Part shown: positions 42,074 to 44,921 of the stretch, piece after piece
Layout of the letters: every line of letters starts with the position of its first letter
How positions within the stretch are numbered: the first letter of the stretch is position 1
Origin: Thalassomonas sp.
GTDB lineage: Bacteria; Bacteroidota; Bacteroidia; Flavobacteriales; BACL11
Direction of reading: 5' to 3'
Assembly: GCA_047617145.1 (NCBI GenBank)
Contig: JBLGCF010000001.1
Span: 1-44,921 of the forward strand
DNA: 44,921 nt
Notes under the pieces: model-generated
Told to the model about the DNA's origin: nothing
What the model saw: only the letters and a program-made list of their open reading frames with translations
Databases searched by the model: none
Program-made: the position numbers and the translations under genes

Positions 42074-43170
42074 TGTATAGTAGCTCCATTTTCAATTTTA
42101 AATATACTATAAGGAATATTTGCTTTGCTTAAAATCTCCTCACTCCTTTCAGCATGTGTGTCAGTAATAAAAACCTGTCCGAAAACACCTTTATTTACAA
42201 AGCTAATTAATTTTAGGACTCTATTATCATCTAGCTTATCGAATATATCATCCAATAAAAGGATAGGCTTAAACCCTATTTGATGTTTTATAAATTCAAA
42301 CTGTGCCAGTTTTAAAGCGATTAAGAATGATTTTTGTTGTCCTTGTGAGCCGATTTTCTTTATAGGGTGTTCATTCATCTCAAAGAGGATGTCATCCTTG
42401 TGCGTTCCTGTTTGCGTGTAATTACTAGTTCTGTCCTTAAGTAAGGATTGCTCCATCAGTTCGGAATAACCACCTTCATTTAATTGTGATTTGTAGGCCA
42501 AATTAACGGTCTCTTTACTTCCTGAAATTTCAGCATAATATCTGTTAAATACAGGAGTAAGTTCCTTTAGGAAGTCAGTTCTTTCTGCATGAATTTGTGT
42601 TCCTAATTGTATGAGCTGATTGTCATAAATCTCAAGTGTTAGCTCATCAAAATATCCTCTTTCGGAAAATTGTTTGAGTAACGCATTTCTTTGCTTTAAT
42701 GCTTTGTTGTAATTGATGAGTGTTTTTAGGTAGCTTTGTTTGTATTGCGCAATACTGCTATCCAAATACTTCCGCCTTACTTCACTCCCTTCTAGTATCA
42801 AGTTGGTATCAGTTGGCGATATAATAACAGTAGGAAACTGCCCAATATGTTCGGAAAAACGTTTGTATTTTTTCTGATTCCGCTTCAATACTTTTCCTTC
42901 TCCTTCTTTTAGGTTACATTGTATTTCATCAGTTGAATCCTGTTTCTCAAAAGTTCCTTTTAGCATAAAATAGTCAGCTCCAAACTGTATGTTTTGTGCA
43001 TCAATATGGTTAAAATAACTTTTGGTTTGCGATAAATAATGAATAGCATCCAGTATATTAGTTTTACCAGCACCATTATTACCTACAAAGCAATTTACTT
43101 GTTCGGTAAAATCAAAGCTACTTTGAGCATGGTTTTTAAACTGATTTATTTGTAGGTTTTTTAAATGCAA
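42070..43170 (-). CDS. recF: DNA replication and repair protein RecF
   Basis: Family start L..L.I.QFKNH, Walker A GNNGAGKTN, signature SQGQQKS and Walker B LLLDDIFDKLD. TTG start codon. Confidence 0.9.
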   Translation of the reverse strand: MHLKNLQINQFKNHAQSSFDFTEQVNCFVGNNGAGKTNILDAIHYLSQTKSYFNHIDAQNIQFGADYFMLKGTFEKQDSTDEIQCNLKEGEGKVLKRNQKKYKRFSEHIGQFPTVIISPTDTNLILEGSEVRRKYLDSSIAQYKQSYLKTLINYNKALKQRNALLKQFSERGYFDELTLEIYDNQLIQLGTQIHAERTDFLKELTPVFNRYYAEISGSKETVNLAYKSQLNEGGYSELMEQSLLKDRTSNYTQTGTHKDDILFEMNEHPIKKIGSQGQQKSFLIALKLAQFEFIKHQIGFKPILLLDDIFDKLDDNRVLKLISFVNKGVFGQVFITDTHAERSEEILSKANIPYSIFKIENGATIQ

Positions 43171-43257
43171 GGGTTGTAAATTGGTTTTAGTATTTAAGTT
43201 CTTTACTCACAAATTAATTTTTATAGAATTCATGATTGCTCAGCAATTCAAAAAACT

Positions 43258-43265
43258 TATATTTG
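43258..43265 (+). promoter_or_regulatory. -7 promoter box TATATTTG for the TPR-ribH operon
   Basis: Exact TAnnTTTG, 20 nt upstream of ATG 43286. Confidence 0.45.
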
Positions 43266-43285
43266 CGCTCCAAAAATAAGATTAA

Positions 43286-43969
43286 ATGGCTAAAAAAGAT
43301 AACAAAACAGAAGATCAATTTGCACAAATTGAAGAAACACTTTCAAGAACAGAACAATACATTGAAGATAACCAGAAAAATCTGATTACAGCAGTAGGTG
43401 CAGTTGTTGCAGTTATTGCATTATTTATAGGGTATCAGAACCTTTATATTGCTCCTATGGAGAAAGAAGCACAGGCTGATATGTATATGGCAGAGCTTTA
43501 TTTTCAGAAAGATTCATTCAATTTATCCTTAACTGGTGATGGACAATACTTAGGGTTTCTTGATATTGCTGACGAATACAGTTCAACTAAAGCAGGTGCT
43601 TTAGCAAATTATTATGCAGGGTTAGCTTATCTAAACACAGGTGATTTTGAAAATGCAATTGAGTATTTAGGTAATTTCTCATCAGATGATGTAGTGCTTT
43701 CATCTTTAGCTTTAGGTTGTATTGGTGACGCTTATATGGAGTTAGCTGATTCTGACAATGCACTTTCATATTATGAAGATGCTGCAGCAAATAATGATAA
43801 CGAATTTACTACTCCAAGATATATGTTAAAGCAAGCTATGATTCATGAAGCAAATGGTGATGTTGCTGATGCTTTAGCTCTATACAAAGGAATTGAAGCT
43901 GATTATAAAACTTCTCGTGAAGGTAATGGAATTGAAAAATACATTGCCCGAGCTGAAAACGCATTGTAA
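43286..43969 (+). CDS. Membrane-anchored TPR protein (YfgM-like architecture)
   Basis: Charged N-terminus, then a single TM (LITAVGAVVAVIALFIGY), then TPR-like repeats (ANYYAGLAYLNTGDFENAIEYL, GDAYMELADSDNALSYY). Confidence 0.6.
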   Translation: MAKKDNKTEDQFAQIEETLSRTEQYIEDNQKNLITAVGAVVAVIALFIGYQNLYIAPMEKEAQADMYMAELYFQKDSFNLSLTGDGQYLGFLDIADEYSSTKAGALANYYAGLAYLNTGDFENAIEYLGNFSSDDVVLSSLALGCIGDAYMELADSDNALSYYEDAAANNDNEFTTPRYMLKQAMIHEANGDVADALALYKGIEADYKTSREGNGIEKYIARAENAL

Positions 43970-44451
43970 TGACTAAAAAAAATACTAACCTCTCCCATTT
44001 TAATAAGGAAGAAGTTCCCAATGCCAAAGGTCTTACCTTTGGTATTGTTGTTTCTGAATGGAACGAAAATATTACTAACGGACTTTATAAGGGTGCAATT
44101 GAAGCATTAATTGAGTGTGGTGCTGCTACTACTGATATTACTAGAATTGATGTGCCAGGAAGCTATGAGCTTGTGTTTGGCGCTAAGGTTGCTGCAAAGG
44201 CTAGTCCTGACGCAATTATCTGTTTAGGTTCTGTTATTCAAGGAGAAACAAAACACTTTGACTTTGTATGTAATGCAGTCGCAATGGGAATTAAAGATTT
44301 AAATATTAGTTTGGATATACCTGTTATCTTTGGAGTATTAACTGATAATACTATGGATCAGGCCGAAAACAGGTCAGGTGGTAAATATGGAAATAAAGGA
44401 ATTGAAGCCGCTATTACTGCTATAAAAATGGCTGTTTTAAATAGGGAATAA
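43969..44451 (+). CDS. ribH: 6,7-dimethyl-8-ribityllumazine synthase RibH
   Basis: Motifs FGIVVSEWNE, VPGSYELV, CLGSVIQGETKHFDFV and VIFGVLT. The start overlaps the upstream stop (TAATG). Confidence 0.9.
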   Translation: MTKKNTNLSHFNKEEVPNAKGLTFGIVVSEWNENITNGLYKGAIEALIECGAATTDITRIDVPGSYELVFGAKVAAKASPDAIICLGSVIQGETKHFDFVCNAVAMGIKDLNISLDIPVIFGVLTDNTMDQAENRSGGKYGNKGIEAAITAIKMAVLNRE

Positions 44452-44489
44452 ATTTCTGCTTAATTTGTTTTTTAGAACCATAAAATTTT

Positions 44490-44497
44490 TAAGTTTG
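44490..44497 (+). promoter_or_regulatory. -7 promoter box TAAGTTTG for the tRNA gene
   Basis: Exact TAnnTTTG, 16 nt upstream of the tRNA 5' end. Confidence 0.45.
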
Positions 44498-44513
44498 CAG
44501 CCCAATTTACAAT

Positions 44514-44587
44514 GGTCGAGTAGCTCAGCTGGATAGAGCATCTGCCTTCTAAGCAGACGGTCACAGGTTCGAATCCTGTCTCGATCA
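44514..44587 (+). tRNA. tRNA-Arg (anticodon TCT)
   Basis: Folded by hand. Acceptor GGTCGAG/CTCGATC (one G-T pair). D arm GCTC-AGCTGGATA-GAGC. Anticodon stem TCTGC/GCAGA with loop CTTCTAA. Variable loop CGGTC. T arm ACAGG-TTCGAAT-CCTGT. Discriminator A. CCA is not encoded. Confidence 0.9.
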
Positions 44588-44595
44588 CGAAACAA

Positions 44596-44627
44596 AAAAC
44601 TCAGTAAGCAATTACTGAGTTTTTTTG
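44596..44627 (+). terminator. Rho-independent terminator after the tRNA
   Basis: Stem ACTCAGTAA/TTACTGAGT (44599-44607 and 44612-44620) with a 4-nt loop, followed by T6. Confidence 0.75.
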
Positions 44628-44659
44628 TTTTAAACTTAAGTTCTATTATAAGCTAGCTT

Positions 44660-44921
44660 CTATTCGATAATTATTCTTTTCTCAACTGTACCGTCATCAT
44701 AGATGTAAAAGAGAGGAGTGTTGTTTCGGGAGGGTGTTTCTTGTCCTAACATATCAGTAATATTTCTCAAGTTTTTACTAGCATTCTCAATATCTATTAT
44801 GTCAGTTGGAGTATATGCATTTACAGAAAAAGGAGTCGAAACTATACATCCATTAGCATCTATAACATCTACAGTATATAAACCAGGAGAGAGATTAAGA
44901 TTTGGATTAGTTGCACTTCCA
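44660..44921 (-). CDS. 3' end of a large surface protein (SprB-type repeat plus a possible T9SS C-terminal sorting domain); 5' end lies outside the window
   Basis: My own translation of the minus strand, open from the window edge to the TAG at 44660-44662, gives ..GLYTVDVIDANGCIVSTPFSVNAYTP..NASKNLRNITDMLGQETPSRNNTPLFYIYDDGTVEKRIIIE*. The G.Y.V.V.D.NGC motif is typical of SprB/gliding-adhesin repeats. This ORF is not in the supplied track because it has no start in the window. Confidence 0.55.
   Translation of the reverse strand, partial: GSATNPNLNLSPGLYTVDVIDANGCIVSTPFSVNAYTPTDIIDIENASKNLRNITDMLGQETPSRNNTPLFYIYDDGTVEKRIIIE

Noticed and set aside
43236-43246. Palindrome TTGCTcAGCAA between the divergent recF and TPR-ribH promoters, as a candidate operator.
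   Set aside because: The arms are only 5 bp, which is expected by chance in AT-rich intergenic DNA. No second copy occurs near other repair genes in the window.
43271-43278. Minus-strand TATTTTTG box that could be a recF promoter with a leader of about 100 nt.
   Set aside because: It lies between the TPR-gene -7 box and that gene's ATG. A single unsupported match at an atypical distance is not enough, so the recF promoter remains unassigned.
43171-43285. Possible FMN (RFN) riboswitch upstream of ribH, and likewise upstream of ribD at 8116-8149.
   Set aside because: The regions are only 115 nt and 34 nt long, and promoter boxes occupy them. I could not find the conserved RFN core (the GGGCAGGGTGAAATTCCC-type segment). 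ribH is also co-transcribed behind a TPR gene.

Overview
AT-rich, tightly packed chromosomal segment, almost certainly from a Bacteroidota (Flavobacteriia-like) genome. Three things support this. The -7 promoter box TAnnTTTG recurs about a dozen times, always pointing at a nearby start codon. Start codons sit in A-rich contexts with no Shine-Dalgarno sequence. The gene content fits: BamD, a DUF4835 protein, a SprB-repeat/T9SS-type surface protein and DUF5074/YncE-like lipoproteins. About 41 protein genes and one tRNA-Arg(TCT) are supported. Most are core housekeeping genes: ribD, prmC, ligA, dapA, bamD-rpoZ-coaBC-DUF4835-recN, fabI, clpC, gyrA, an M16 peptidase, a DEAD-box helicase, an ABC-F ATPase, typA, nrnA, ndk, recF-dciA and ribH. 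Many junctions are overlapping stop/start codons (TAATG, ATGA), so the genes form long operons. I see no CRISPR array, transposase, integrase, prophage, toxin-antitoxin pair or recognisable defence island, and no long non-coding stretch; the largest gap is about 190 nt. By my reading this is an ordinary core region, not an accessory island, and I cannot honestly point to a clear new system. The most system-like uncharacterised pieces are: (1) the TonB-dependent receptor with two paralogous beta-propeller lipoproteins and a polytopic membrane protein at 29-4735; (2) a recF-dciA(DUF721)-umuD-like operon with no umuC at 41331-43170; (3) smaller oddities, namely a perfect (GAT)10 microsatellite inside clpC, a secreted cyclophilin-FKBP fusion, an EamA transporter translationally coupled to ribD, a GreA-like mini-protein coupled to a DEAD-box helicase, promoter boxes that sit directly against start codons (possible leaderless mRNAs), and an N-terminally extended Ndk. 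All family assignments come from motif recognition by eye, and none has been checked against a database.
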